Shown here: positions 28,042-40,889 of the stretch, piece after piece
Layout: the number at the start of each line of letters is the position of its first letter
How positions within the stretch are numbered: position 1 is the stretch's first letter
Origin: Paraspadella gotoi
Taxonomy: Eukaryota > Animalia > Chaetognatha
DNA: 64,000 nt
Reading direction: 5' to 3'
Assembly (NCBI GenBank): GCA_051294375.1
Contig: CM119266.1
Span: forward strand, 13,394,735-13,458,734
Position numbers and translations under genes: made by a program
The notes under the pieces: generated by a model
Database searches by the model: none
The model's input: the letters and a program-made list of their open reading frames with translations, nothing else
What the model was told of the DNA's origin: nothing

Positions 28042-30098
28042 AGGAAATGAGTTGAAATAGAAAATAAAAAAATATTATTTCATTATTTACATTTGGGTTT
28101 TTTCTCCTTTTAAATAGTGTTAAAGTAGGCTGCAATAATAACAAATAAAACAATTATAACAATTACTATAACTACAACTATAATAGTAAGTTTGTAAAAT
28201 TATTCATAACTTATCATCTGATTAGCTGCTTACCGCNNNNNNNNNNTCTCTATAATTTACTTAGTCGGTCCGTCGGTCCTACCCTAAATTATTGGTAATT
28301 AATTAATTAATAATTTATTTATTCAAGTTAATTAATTAATTAGCCAATTAATTAATTAGGCAATTACTTAATAAATTAATTTGATCCGAAACGTTTGTTT
28401 TTAGGTCTTTTTGTCTCTAACCACGACAAAAGCAATGACGATGTTGAGAATATTGCCGATAATGATTGACTTGATTGATTGATTGAATAATTAATTAATA
28501 GATAAATAAATTGATCGATTGAATAATTAATTAATAGATAAATAAATTAATTGATTGAATAATTAATTGATTGAAGAAACATAATTAATCAATTAGTGAA
28601 ACAGGTGTTTTTGTTTTTTTCCTTTAAACTCATTTCCACTCAAACGATTCCATCGAAACTTGATTTCCAGCTAAAATCAGACACTTTCCTACCTTCATAC
28701 AAAATTTCAAGTCAATCGCCTAATCCACTCATGATTAATTGGTGTTCAAATAGTGAAATATATATATTTTTTTGTTTTTGTTTTTTCCATTTAAATCATT
28801 TCCACTCATCATTTCGCACACTTCCCTACCCACACATAAAATTTTATTTCAATCAAACCATCCAATCACGAGTAATTGGAGTTTTTTGCTAAGGTGGGAC
28901 GGACGGACGGACAGATAGACAGACGGACAGACAGTCAGACAGACAGACGGACAGACATTGTTTTTTTTTGTATAATTTATCATAATTCGATATTCTGACA
29001 TGATATAAGTGAATGACCGACAAGATTGAGGAGGCGGACCGACGGACCGACAAAGTGAATTATAATTTATAGTCATGAGTTATAATAGATTTTTAACAGA
29101 TCCCGACTCGGGATCTGTTAAAAATCGATTATCCATCCTTCCATCAGTCCGTCTGTCCATCTATCCCACCTTAGAACCTTTCAAAGTCAATTACTCATGA
29201 GTTGATTAGGAAATGAGTTGAANNNNNNNNNNNNNNNNNNNNNNNNNTCAAACAATGCCAATCCGCCCATGATCATTTAGCGGTAAGCAGCTAATCAGAT
29301 GATAAGTTATGAATAATTTTACAAACTTACTATTATAGTTGTAGTTATAGTAATTGTTATTAATTGTTTTATTTGTTATTATTGCAGCCTACTTTAACAC
29401 TATTTAAAAGGAGAAAAAACCCAAATGTAAATAATGAAATAATATTTTTTATTTTCTATTTCAACTCATTTCCTAATCAACTCATGAGTAATTGACTTTG
29501 AAAGGTTCTAAGGTGGGATAGATGGACAGACGGACTGATGGAAGGATGGATAATCGATTTTTAACAGATCCCGAGTCGGGATCTGTTAAAAATCTATATA
29601 TAACTCATGACTATAAATTATAATTCACTTTGTCGGTCCGTCGGTCCGCCTCCTCCCATCTTGTCGGTCATTCACTATATATCATGTCAGAATATCGAAT
29701 TATGAATATAATTATAAATACAAAAAAACAATGTCTTCCGTCCTGTCTGTCTGACTGTCTGTCCGTCTGTCTATCTGTCCGTCCGTCCGTCCCACCTTAG
29801 CAAAAAACTCCAATTACTCGTGATTGGATGGTTTGATTGAAATAAAATTTTATGTGTGGGTAGGGAAGTGTGCGAAATGATGAGTGGAAATGATTTTAAA
29901 TGGAAAAAACAAAAACAAAAAAATATATATATTTCACTATTTGAACACCAATTATCATGAGTGGATTAGGCGATTGACTTGAAATTTTGTATGAAGGTAG
30001 GAAAGTGTCTGATTTTAGCTGGAAATCAAGTTTCGATGGAATCGTTTGAGTGGAAATGAGTTTAAAGGAAAAACAAAAAACACCTGTTTCACTAATTG
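28042..30098. repeat. Gap-bounded inverted duplication (28042-28236 vs ~29280-29474; ~28591-29222 vs ~29460-30098), with a perfect 39-bp hairpin at 29088-29126 (mirrored near 29556-29594)
   Basis: Segments are near-identical reverse complements with small indels and abut N-gaps at 28032, 28237 and 29223. Confidence 0.85.
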
Positions 30099-30883
30099 CA
30101 TTTACATTATAGCTTTTTCATCTCTCTTCTTTTTGCTCAAACTTGTCAAGATCATAAATTTTTACTTATTACTATTTTTAATAATTAAGCACGCATTAAA
30201 TATAAATGATCTAAAAAACGTGTAGTGACGAGGTGCCTACCGCCTGGTAACTGTGTTTTAAAGTCTCTCTTAAAATTCTTAAATTTTCAAGAAATCTAAA
30301 TTGAAAAATAAGAGCGACACTTTGCCGGGTCGATTAACTCCGTTTAATCGCCGTCACCATTTTCATTCATTTCAACGCCGCCGATTTCTTGTCATTAACT
30401 CCTATTCACTTCAATGACATTGTGCTGATTATCTCGCCCCCCCCCCCGCCCCCCCCAAATCATCCACGGTCGTCATCTTTATTTCGCTATCGAATCCGCG
30501 GGAAAAAACCGATTCGCGCTCATCTCTCTCCCTTTGTTGAGCACCGTGATTTTCGTCGTCGTCATCCCTAGGGATTTTTTTTCATCGTCGCTTCAATTAC
30601 TTATTCGATGTCATCGCTACTCATTGTTCCTTTGTTTGTTTTCGGTTTTTTTTTTTTGGTTTTTTTTTTGTAAACTCCAGCGAGACAGTGACGGTTTGTA
30701 TGTATTTTTAAAAATATAGCGGTTTTCTTTGAAATTTTAATTTTAATTTTTTGAAAGTATTTTTAAGAAGCACAGACCTTGAAAAAACATTATTTTTCCA
30801 ACATTAAAAACGTATTGACGCAACCGACATCATTTCTCGCTTCTCGTGTAAATACTGCGTCTTGTGCGATTTTTTCGCTTCAT

Positions 30884-30917
<34 letters not shown>

Positions 30918-31413
30918 CTTTCACGCGCCGCTTTCACGGGCGAAGGGGAAAAAAACTCGGCAAAATCGGAAGAGGAAGCAAGATTTGTGAAGAGTGAAGA
31001 TTGTGTGAAAAAAATGAGGATTTCTTTTTCGTTTAACTTTATTAAAAATCGGGAACTTGATTTAATTATAAATAATCACGTATAATTCTTTGTCCTATGG
31101 CAACAGCCGTATATATTTAGTATATCATATACCGCCGCAGTTTACAATTTTTTTCGTTGAATTGAAATTGTATTATTATTGTTATTAATATTATGAGTAA
31201 TTTCTTTACACAGTTTACAGCTTCACAGTTCCTCCACCAAAACTCCACAAACTACAACTGATCAACTATCCATAGTCCACAGTTCCACTATCCACACTCC
31301 AAAACTCATACTCATCTTCCTCCGAACTTTTCCGTCCTCAGCGTTGAGGGTCGAATCGTAAAAATGTTTATCGATCGATCCTTGTTCTTTGGAAGCGACT
31401 CTTGGCCACTTCA

Positions 31414-31520
<107 letters not shown>

Positions 31521-31980
31521 ACTAACCATTTGTTCCTAACGACTATTTTTTTTCTGCGTTTTTTTGTCATTTATGGAGATAAAAATGACAAAGAAACGTC
31601 GACGTTGATATTCACTTAAAAATGTAAATAAAAACATCAACTGTTCGTAACAACAATAATAAAAACTAGAACGACGACCCACGAAGAGAGCCACTCATAA
31701 ATCGACAAGAATGAAGACCACTCGAAAACGACCGAGACATCGCAGCGAATGGCGAAGACGATGATGATGATGATGATGATGACGATGACCAAAGCGTCGA
31801 TGACGACGACGATAACGCCGAAGATAACGACCACGACGACCACTTTGCAACTTGACCCAACGCGGAGGTTTTGAGACCGCGAGACAATCGTTATATTTCT
31901 TTAAAAAAAACAAGGAAGAAATCGAAATAAAAAGGGAACGCTCTTTGCACGGCGAGGCGATAAAACGCCACCACATTATT

Positions 31981-32015
<35 letters not shown>

Positions 32016-32133
32016 ACGACACCGCAGAAGTAACTGTCTTTGATCGAAGGAAGACATAAACATCTTCTCGGAATAACGACTCAGCGTAAACAGAATTTTG
32101 AGAATGTTGTAAACAACAAACTTCTCGTCACTG

Positions 32134-32252
<119 letters not shown>

Positions 32253-34834
32253 AAAGTTAAAATATCGTCTTATCCTTCAACGAAAAAAGAAACAAAAAAA
32301 AACAAACCATTTTTCTCTCCTGGAATATGTGACCCTCGAAAACCTCGACTCAATCAAAAGAGACGCAATTTCGCAAATTCCAGGAGCGAACGGGAAATAA
32401 TTAGATTCTGAAATTGAAGAATTGCGAAAAAGGGGCGACCTCAAAAGTCTAGTCGTCGTCTACGCAAAACTTTCCATTAATTCGCCACCCCAACCCCCTC
32501 ACCGCCCCCCCTTTTGGGTCCCCTCCCTCAGTTTTCTCGTAACGAACCATAAAAAAAGTAATTTTCTTTCTTCATCGCTAAAAATATCGGTCCCCACGCT
32601 CGGGATTCCATAATGAGCCACGGGAAGGATATGGAAAGACGGGTTGAAGAATGGGAAGTCAAAAAATGTGTAAAACTCCTGTCGTCAGCAAGTTTTTTTA
32701 GCTTTTATGCTGGAGAATACTTCAGAGAGCTGAGGACTAAGTGATAGAGAAGGAGATAATAAGATTGATAGCGAGAATGAGAGACCAAGATTAAGATGGA
32801 ATTAGTTTCGACGAAGAGTTTTTTTTTTTTGACGAAAATTAGGCGACGCTTCTGCGGCGGATTCGTGGGCGTGGCCCTGCGACTTGAACGCGACGTCGGA
32901 ATGGCACTCAGCCAAATAAGGAGAAGAAAAGTTCTTTCTTTTTGAGTGAAGGGGCTAAAAATTAGTACTTTTCTTACTCAAAAATCTGCCCTAGTTAAAA
33001 TTTTCTTTTACTACGATTACCATCAAATGACGAGGTTCGACTTTATTAAAAAAACTAATTTTTTCATAAAAATTTTTTTTAAAACATAATTAAGGGTCAA
33101 AACTTCCGACATTCAGCGACATTGTTGAATATACTATCAATTTAGTTTAAATCTAATAAAATAACTGTCCCTTGTTGATAATACGCATAAGAGGGTAAAA
33201 GAATTAGAAATTGTCCTTGAACCACGTTCTAATTTTGGTAAACCTCGAGATATTACTCCAATTTTGATCGACGGCTGCGATTATCTTTGGCAATGCATGA
33301 TAACTCGGCGAAAAATCAATATCTATTTTACCGCATTATTTACTCGGTAGAGAGCGATGTTAAAATAACAAAATGCCAAAAACGATACGCCATCGACTTT
33401 AACGATATTGATAATAACAAAAGTTAAAACTTATTCATATTTTATGCAAACTTTCGGTTTGTTTTTCAGTCGGTGATTTTGTTTAAAATTCCCCGCCTTT
33501 TCGCGAAGTGGCGAGGAAAATTATGAATAATGGAAGACGGGTTGCGCGTCGAGTTCATGGGTCACCTAGAAGTGCCTTCAAATTTTTTTTAAAGATTTAT
33601 GTGAATAGTCGTTTTTATTGGAAGATTCTTTTTCGGTTGCGCCACGTGAACTTCAAATTTTTGGAGGACTCCAAGACTTAAGTTTGATACTTATGTAAAT
33701 ATAGTTTCGTTTCGATACACCCTGAATCTAATTATATCATTCTCTCCCTCGGGTCAGCCGAATTTCCCAATTTGCCAACTACCTTTTCGGCTTTTAATTT
33801 ACTTGCGCCGCTGCGTTGCCTGGTTTCGACAATGGAGCGCTTCTCTGAATTTTTTTCTTATTTAAAATTAAATAAAAATTAAATAAAAAGCCTCGAGTTG
33901 TATTCTGTCGTCAAGCGTCACAAAGAGCCAAAGATACTACGATTTATTGTGTATGAGTCGCCGACTTTAATCAATACATTTGACGGGAAACGAATTATAG
34001 TTTTTAATCTTTTTTTTTTGTAATTTGTGATTAGTAAAGTTTAATAATCTAGTCGATATCAATTTTTGACTATCTACGTAGCATCTACTATATTTGATGT
34101 TTCGCCTGCCTGACTCTTCCGAAATAGTAGGTCTTTCAAAGAAAGTAGTAAAATTCGAGATTTATTTACTTTGCTCCTTGTTTTATTTCTTAGCAACAAC
34201 ATTGAGTAATGGTTTCGCCCTAAAGACGAGAGACCCTGTAAAATTACAACGAGGTTCCTTAAACGTCAAACGATGGACTAGTACACATTTTTCTTGTTTT
34301 GTAAAGAGACATCGAGAATGTATATTTCGGGAGTGAGCCAAAAAATTAGATCGGCTTCCCGGTAGAGATTATGGGTTCATGCAAACGACATTTTCTGTTT
34401 GGGAGATGTGTAGGAAGTTGATAAGCAAAAAATGTCTATTCCAGCTAACGTTTGTCAATTTTCAAATATCACATTCGAACAAGAGAATTTAATAGACGAT
34501 GGAGGTGAGAGGGTTAATTGACATGCAAATCGGGTCGGGTATTTAAATGTTGAGTTTTTTTGGGGGGGGAGGGGAGGGGGCGAGGGGGGTAGGAGACAAG
34601 CTTTGCCGAATTAAGATTGAGAAGCCATTCAGTGTTGAGATTTTCAGATCTAATCGATGTTCGTTAGGTATTAGGTAATTAAACCTGTTGCCTAAAAAGA
34701 GATTATTACGTTTTTGAGACATTAAAAGACTGAATCGTTCAATTTCTCCCCTAAAATTTCACACTTTTTCACGATTTTAGATATTCTTTCTTATACTTCA
34801 ACCTCTCATCAATTTAACCCACACTTTCTCTCCC

Positions 34835-34977
34835 CCCTCACTTCACCCTCTTACTTCTTCATTCTCCCTCTCCTCTCTCCCACTTCACCCTCACACTCCC
34901 TCACTTCACCCTCTTTCTTCTTCATTCTCCCTCTCCTCTCTCCCACTTGACCCTCTCACTCCCTCACTTCACCCTCT
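34835..34977. repeat. 63-bp tandem repeat overlapping the ush ORF end
   Basis: ccctcacttcaccctct recurs at 34835, 34898 and 34961. Confidence 0.85.
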
Positions 34978-37900
34978 CCTCCCCATTTTCTCCGACGTGA
35001 AACTCTACATCGATGTGAAGATCGTCGTCGTCTGCTTCTATTTTCGCCACGACGTCGTCAGCATCGTCATTCTCCTTCGTCGTCTTCATCGTCTCTTTAC
35101 CTTCCCTTTCTACGGCGTCATTATCTTCGATTCCTTCGATTTTAAACGACGCCGTCATCGACTCAACCGGCGTCGTCGGCGTCGTCGTCGCCTCTTCCTC
35201 TCTCTTTATTCTCTTCGGAGATCTTCCTCCCCTTTCTTTTTCTTCTTCTTCTTTTGATCTCTCTTCCTCCGCAGATCTTTTCCTTCCTTCGATCCGACCT
35301 TCCACGTCGTCGGTCTTTATCTCCAGCGTCACTTCGGGTTTCATTTCCGGCGCCGAGACAGGCGCTCCGGAATTGACGCCTGGTGACGCCGCTTTCGACA
35401 GCGCCGGCGCCGAACGATTCCCAACCACCAGTCGTTTAACATCGACATCCGACGCCGCTGTGGCGGCGGCATCCCCGTTTCCGACTACTCCAGCCGCCGC
35501 CGCGGCCAGCTGGGCCGACGACTGCAGCGCCTGAAGCGCCTGCGCCCATCGCAGCGCCGAAAACGTCGCGGCGTCGTCCGCACCGGGCGCGTTCCTCGTC
35601 CCGCCGCGCGGCGCCAAGACGAAAGCGTCGACGGCCGAAAGCGACGTCAACAGGCGAGGGTCGAACTCGGGCGGAATCGGCGCCGGCGGTCCGAGAACGA
35701 GCGGCGGCGGCGGCGGGACGTTCTCCGCCTTCTCGTAACTCTTCCTCGAACGGCGCCGCTTGTACGGTTCCGACTTTTGCTTGATGAGGTCTTCGTCGAC
35801 GTCGTCGGCGGCGAGGGTGGCACCGACGCCGCCGCCCGCCAAACCCGGCGCCGCCAGCGTCGCCGCTCGCTTCGGCATCTGCGACGGCGGCTCCTCCACC
35901 ACGAGGATGTGATGATCCTTGAAGTCTTCGCCCGATTCCGAGTGCATCTTCCCGTGCATCCTCATCCCCCGCACTGTGTTGCCGCGATAACCGCAGAGGG
36001 CGCAACGGAAGTGGCGCGAGGGTTGGTGGACTTTGAGGTGGTCGGCCATTTGCGCCTCAGTGACGCTGACAAAGTCGCAAAAGGCGCAGCGAAGCAGCGA
36101 TCCGTGGACCACGTGATAAGGGAGAGCAGCAGGGGCGCAGGCGTGCGTCCTCAGCAGCCGAGCCGTGGCGAAGCCGTGTCCGCACATCGGGCAGTAGTGA
36201 GCCGCCGCGCCCACCGGATGGGGCAGCCCGGCAGCGAGGGGTAGGGGCTTATAAGGGGTGACAGCGGGGTAAGAGGATCCTGGGGAACCGGGGGAAGCGG
36301 CCGAGGGTGGGGAAACCGGATGGGCGGGGTGGGTAGGAGTGGTACCGCAAGAGGCGGAACCGGGTGAGGCTGGAGTAAGGGGACGGGGTACAGAGGAAGA
36401 GGGGGAGATGGAGGAGGGGCTTTTACGATTCGATGGGCAGTAAAACTGTTTGTGGGCGGCGAATGTTTTGCCCGATGAGAACTTAATGTGGCAGGTGGTG
36501 CAGTAAAAGCGTTGCTGAAGAAGCTGCTGCGGTTGTTGCTGCTGTTGTTGCAGCTGCTGCGGATTGTCGAAGCCGGCGACGCGATTGAGCATCTGTTTCT
36601 CCTGTTTGGACCGCAGCGCCGCCTGCAGCCGCTGCATCCGCTCCGCCTCTTCCAGCGTCGAGACGATCGTCCTCTCGTCCGCCTCCGTCGCATCTCGACG
36701 ACGTTGGACGGCGTCGACGATCGCTTCCGGCGCCTGATCCGCTTCCGAGAGTCCCTTGCGATTGTGGTTGATCTCGGGCGCGGCCGGCGTCGCCGTCAAA
36801 GCCTTTCGCGCCTGGCGCTCGGCGCAGTAAAAGTTTTTGTGCGCGATGTAGTTTTCGATCTTGTAGAAGACGATGTTGCACTCGAGACACTTGCAGACCG
36901 TCTTCGGCGCGATGTCCACCACGTTGCCGGCGTGCTTGACGAAGGGGGGCGCCGTCGCGAGACCGAAAACCGACGCCGGCGGCGCCGACGTGCGTGGCGT
37001 CGAACCGGCGTCCTTGAAACCGGATTTGACGGAGAGATCGAGGGGAGCGACGTCGGCGTCTTTGTCGACGAGGTTATCCGAAGGCGGCTCCGAGGAATCT
37101 CCTGAAACCGTCGTCAGATCGAGCGGAAGTTCTCGCGCCAATTTCGTCGGACGTCGAGATCTTTCGCAGACGCGGACGCGTTTTTTTGTTTCGGCGTCGA
37201 CCGAAACGACGCCGGCTGAAAAAGCGGCGTCGGTGGCGGCGCCGGTGTCGACGATGGACTCGACGGGTCGAGGTTTACCGGCGGCCGGCACCCCGGGACT
37301 TTTAGGAGACGGTTGTTGTGAAGAAGAAGAGCGGAAGTGGTGGGCGTGGCCGATCTTGGCGTTGATGTGGCGAGTGTGGCAGTAAAACTCTTTGTGGACC
37401 GAAAAGGTTTTCAATGAGGTGAACTGTGAGATGAGAAGGGAGGGGATGGGAGTGGGGAACGGGGAAAGGTGGGGAACGGGTAAGTTAATGGAAAAAGATT
37501 TGAAATCGTCGGCAAAAGTTTTTTTTTTCTTTTTTTTTCGAAAAATCTCGTAAATATTCTATGGGAGGAAAAATTGCCCGATAACAACGTAAACAAACGT
37601 AAACACGACCGGCTTTCAGTAAAATAGTGTGAATGATATATGAGGCTAATAAACGCCTGGACGATATCTGTGTTTGTCGGATATATTTTTGAACAAAAGG
37701 GTGAGGAAAGACGAACGGAGAAAAAAAAGTTGAGTGTTGACAAGAAAAATCTTTTTTTGATAAAGTCATGAGGAATGAAAAATGCGGGAAACAAATGGGT
37801 AACGAAAATTTCACGCTGAGACGAAAGAAAACAAAAATAAACTTGCATACAATAGTTATGGGAGTAAGTTGGTTGCTGACAAAGAAGCAAAGCTTATTTT

Positions 37901-38314
37901 GAAAAACAAATACGAAAAAGTCATCGAACAAAGCTGAAACAATGTTGAGTGAAATCTGAGAAAAACTTAAGATAAGAAAAAAAACTATTTGATACCAATA
38001 ATGATCGCTGCAAAAAAAAATTATCTGACTTACAGAATAATTAATTTTATAAATTGTCAAATCATCTTTTAATTCCCGCTCTCGTCAAACGCATTTTATC
38101 ACTTTTTTTAATTGTTGTGCAGTTAAGTCTTAGTTAAGTACAAAAAGAAACATAAAGCCTTGTCGGGTTGAAAAGCGATAAACAAAGCCGGACAGAGGTC
38201 GCGCGCGCAAAACAAAATGCTCAGGAGCAAATTTCACACTCGAAAAGCGCGCGAGAAACTGAGAGAAAAAGCGCGAAAACGCGCGACCGCGAAAAATTAG
38301 TCTCCGACACGTTT

Positions 38315-38364
<50 letters not shown>

Positions 38365-40308
38365 TGAATGTGACACTTTTTGCAATAACTGTCGGGTTTG
38401 GTGACGACGCTTCGGTCGTCTTCGTCGTCGTCGTCATTGTCCCCTCCGTCCGTTTGGGCGTCGTCGCCGTTGACGGTCGGCGGTCGATGCGTCGACAGAT
38501 GGCGCTCGAGAGTCATCCGCCGTTGGGCAGTGAAACTGAAAAAAAAGGCAAAAATAAAAACCTTATATTATAATATATATCGTGTTTATTATATTTAACC
38601 AGGGTAACCCCGCTCTCGACCTTAAACTTCATTCTTGGATTTCTCAAAAAGTAAATAAATTTTTTTTTTCTAAATATTACTAATTTTGATCTTCTAATAT
38701 ATAGTAATCCCATATACTCTTACCCGCAAAGCAGACACTGAAAGAGTTGCCCTTTGGCCACCAGAGGCAGCAGCTCTGCGGCGTCGAACTTGACATCGTC
38801 GTAAACGGCGCCGGCTGAGGTAGGGACGGCGGCGTCGGCCGTGGTCTCCGAGGGGGCGTCGGGTTTTGACGCCGGTTCGGAGTCTGACTTCGGAGATACG
38901 TTATTAGGTGACGCCGGTGTAAAGTCGTCCTCTACGGCTGTGAAATATAAAATAAAAATAAAAGATACGTTGAAATACTTTTTTTTTTATTATAAATGAG
39001 ATTTTTAAACGGTGAAGATGAACCGGAAATGAGGTTGTTAAAGGAAAAGAAAAAAGCAACTTGAATAAAGATTGTTTACCAGCGTTTACGCCATGTTTAC
39101 TGTATATAGAGAGAAAACGCGATAATAAATAGAATTTATGCAAAGTCTTTCCCCTAGGAAAAACACAAGAATGATGATTTTTGATGCGTCCTAAGAAAAA
39201 GAAACATTGCTGTATGATTAAATATATGTATTTATATAAACATTTATTCGGATTAAGCGATTATTTTTTTTTTTACTCTCAATGTTTTGAGCGCTGAATA
39301 TAAATAGCAAATTATCCTTTTTCTTCTCATTCTAATTTTAAATTTGTAGTAAAAAAAAAAAAACAACTATTTTTTCCTTTAAAATTTATATTTTGATGAA
39401 TAAAAAAAAATTCAAACGGTCGTCGACTCGGAAGCATCACATTCCCCCCCTCCTTATTTCCTTTGAATAATCTTATTAACTTTTTTTTCTCTCATTGTTC
39501 TCGCTAATCAAATAATCAATCACTGCCTCTTTTTCCCCTCGAATCGACGAGAGAAAGAAAAGAACTTCTCGACTTACGGCAGAGCGGAAGAAGCGGTGGG
39601 AGGGAGGTACAAAGGGGTGGAGACTGGAGAGAGGGCAGAAGAGGGCTGCGTTTACCGCGATGGGTAGGCGAAGTAGAAAGTGAGAGGGAAAGTGAAATGA
39701 GAAAATTGTCATCGGAAAAGGGGGAAATAACGACGACAACAACAGCTCTTGTCTAGAATAAAAGTTTGCTCTCAGCCAAAGTGCGAATAGACAGCAAAAA
39801 TTAATGCCGCAAACATGAGTGATTGAAAACCCGAAGCGGAAAAAAAAACCAGGGAAAATTGAAAGAACGACGTCGACGTCTCATCGCGTGAACAAGAAAA
39901 TCGAGATAGAAAGTCTCGCGCGACGTCCGGATTAAAAAGATCCTGCCATTGACGTGATGACGTTTGACGTCGGGCGCCGAAAAGGTCGACGACCGCCTTT
40001 TCAACATCATTAAGTTTAAAAAGATGCAAAGAGGTTCGGAGGTCCGCGGAACGAGACCGCGTTGTATCCGTTTTTTACTCGTGTATATTTACAGTATTCA
40101 TCGTTGATAATTGGCAAGCTTCTTTCCAACAATTCATTATTGTCGTGACAAGAACTGCGATAATTCACACCGCCAACTCAAACCTCCCTTTCCCTTATTA
40201 AGAGCGAAGTTCCCCGAGGAAGATTCCTGGAATCGCTTGATGGCGCGTTGATGGAACCCAGAGGCGCCGATCGGCGCCCGGCGTCGTACTTCGCTTTGGC
40301 GTCGGCGC
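34964..40308 (-). CDS. ush: U-shaped / Friend-of-GATA (ZFPM) multi-zinc-finger cofactor; 5' end incomplete
   Basis: Firm exons 38937-38724, 38535-38364 and 37423-34964; tentative upstream exons 40308-40184, 39996-39850 and 39752-39578 (phases fit). FOG-type CCHC fingers CKKCHIQFTSLKTFSVHKEFYC, CLECNIVFYKIENYIAHKNFYC and CTTCHIKFSSGKTFAAHKQFYC; C2H2 fingers including CALCGYRGNTVRGMRMHGKMH; CtBP-binding motifs PLDLT and PLDLS. Confidence 0.9.
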
Positions 40309-40889
40309 CTGATAGCAGCGATTCTAATCTCTTCACATTAAGAGGGCGCTCACGCGATGGAGAGAGAAAAAGAGACAATGTGACAACGGTCTGACTGACA
40401 TCTTTATTAGCGAATAGAAACGTCGATGGAAATAAATTAAATTATATTTACACAATTGTACAATTTACTCGTTTTAAAAGAGATTTAAAAATGAAAGAGC
40501 GATTTTTTCACTCTTGGAGCGTTTTTTTTTTCTTCTCAACATTATGTATTGTTTACACCAGTCAATAACATCAATAATAAAAAAAAATTTACAGAAAATG
40601 AAATTCTTTAAATAGAATTATTTTTTAGTGTTAATTTCCGCAGCTGCTCGGGCACTAATCGATTTTATTGGAAATAAATTTATTTGAGATTAAAGACGAA
40701 ATCTTTTACATCAACGATTTTTATTTTTAAAGGTGCATACAAGTTTCGAAACTTTAATCTTTAATCTCAAATAACCCAAACACAACGAAAGAAAGTTTAA
40801 TCACAATGAAATAAATTTAATAAATTTTAAGTGGAAATAATACAAAAAATAAACAAAAACAGATGTCGATTAAAACGTTTGCCTTTTTT

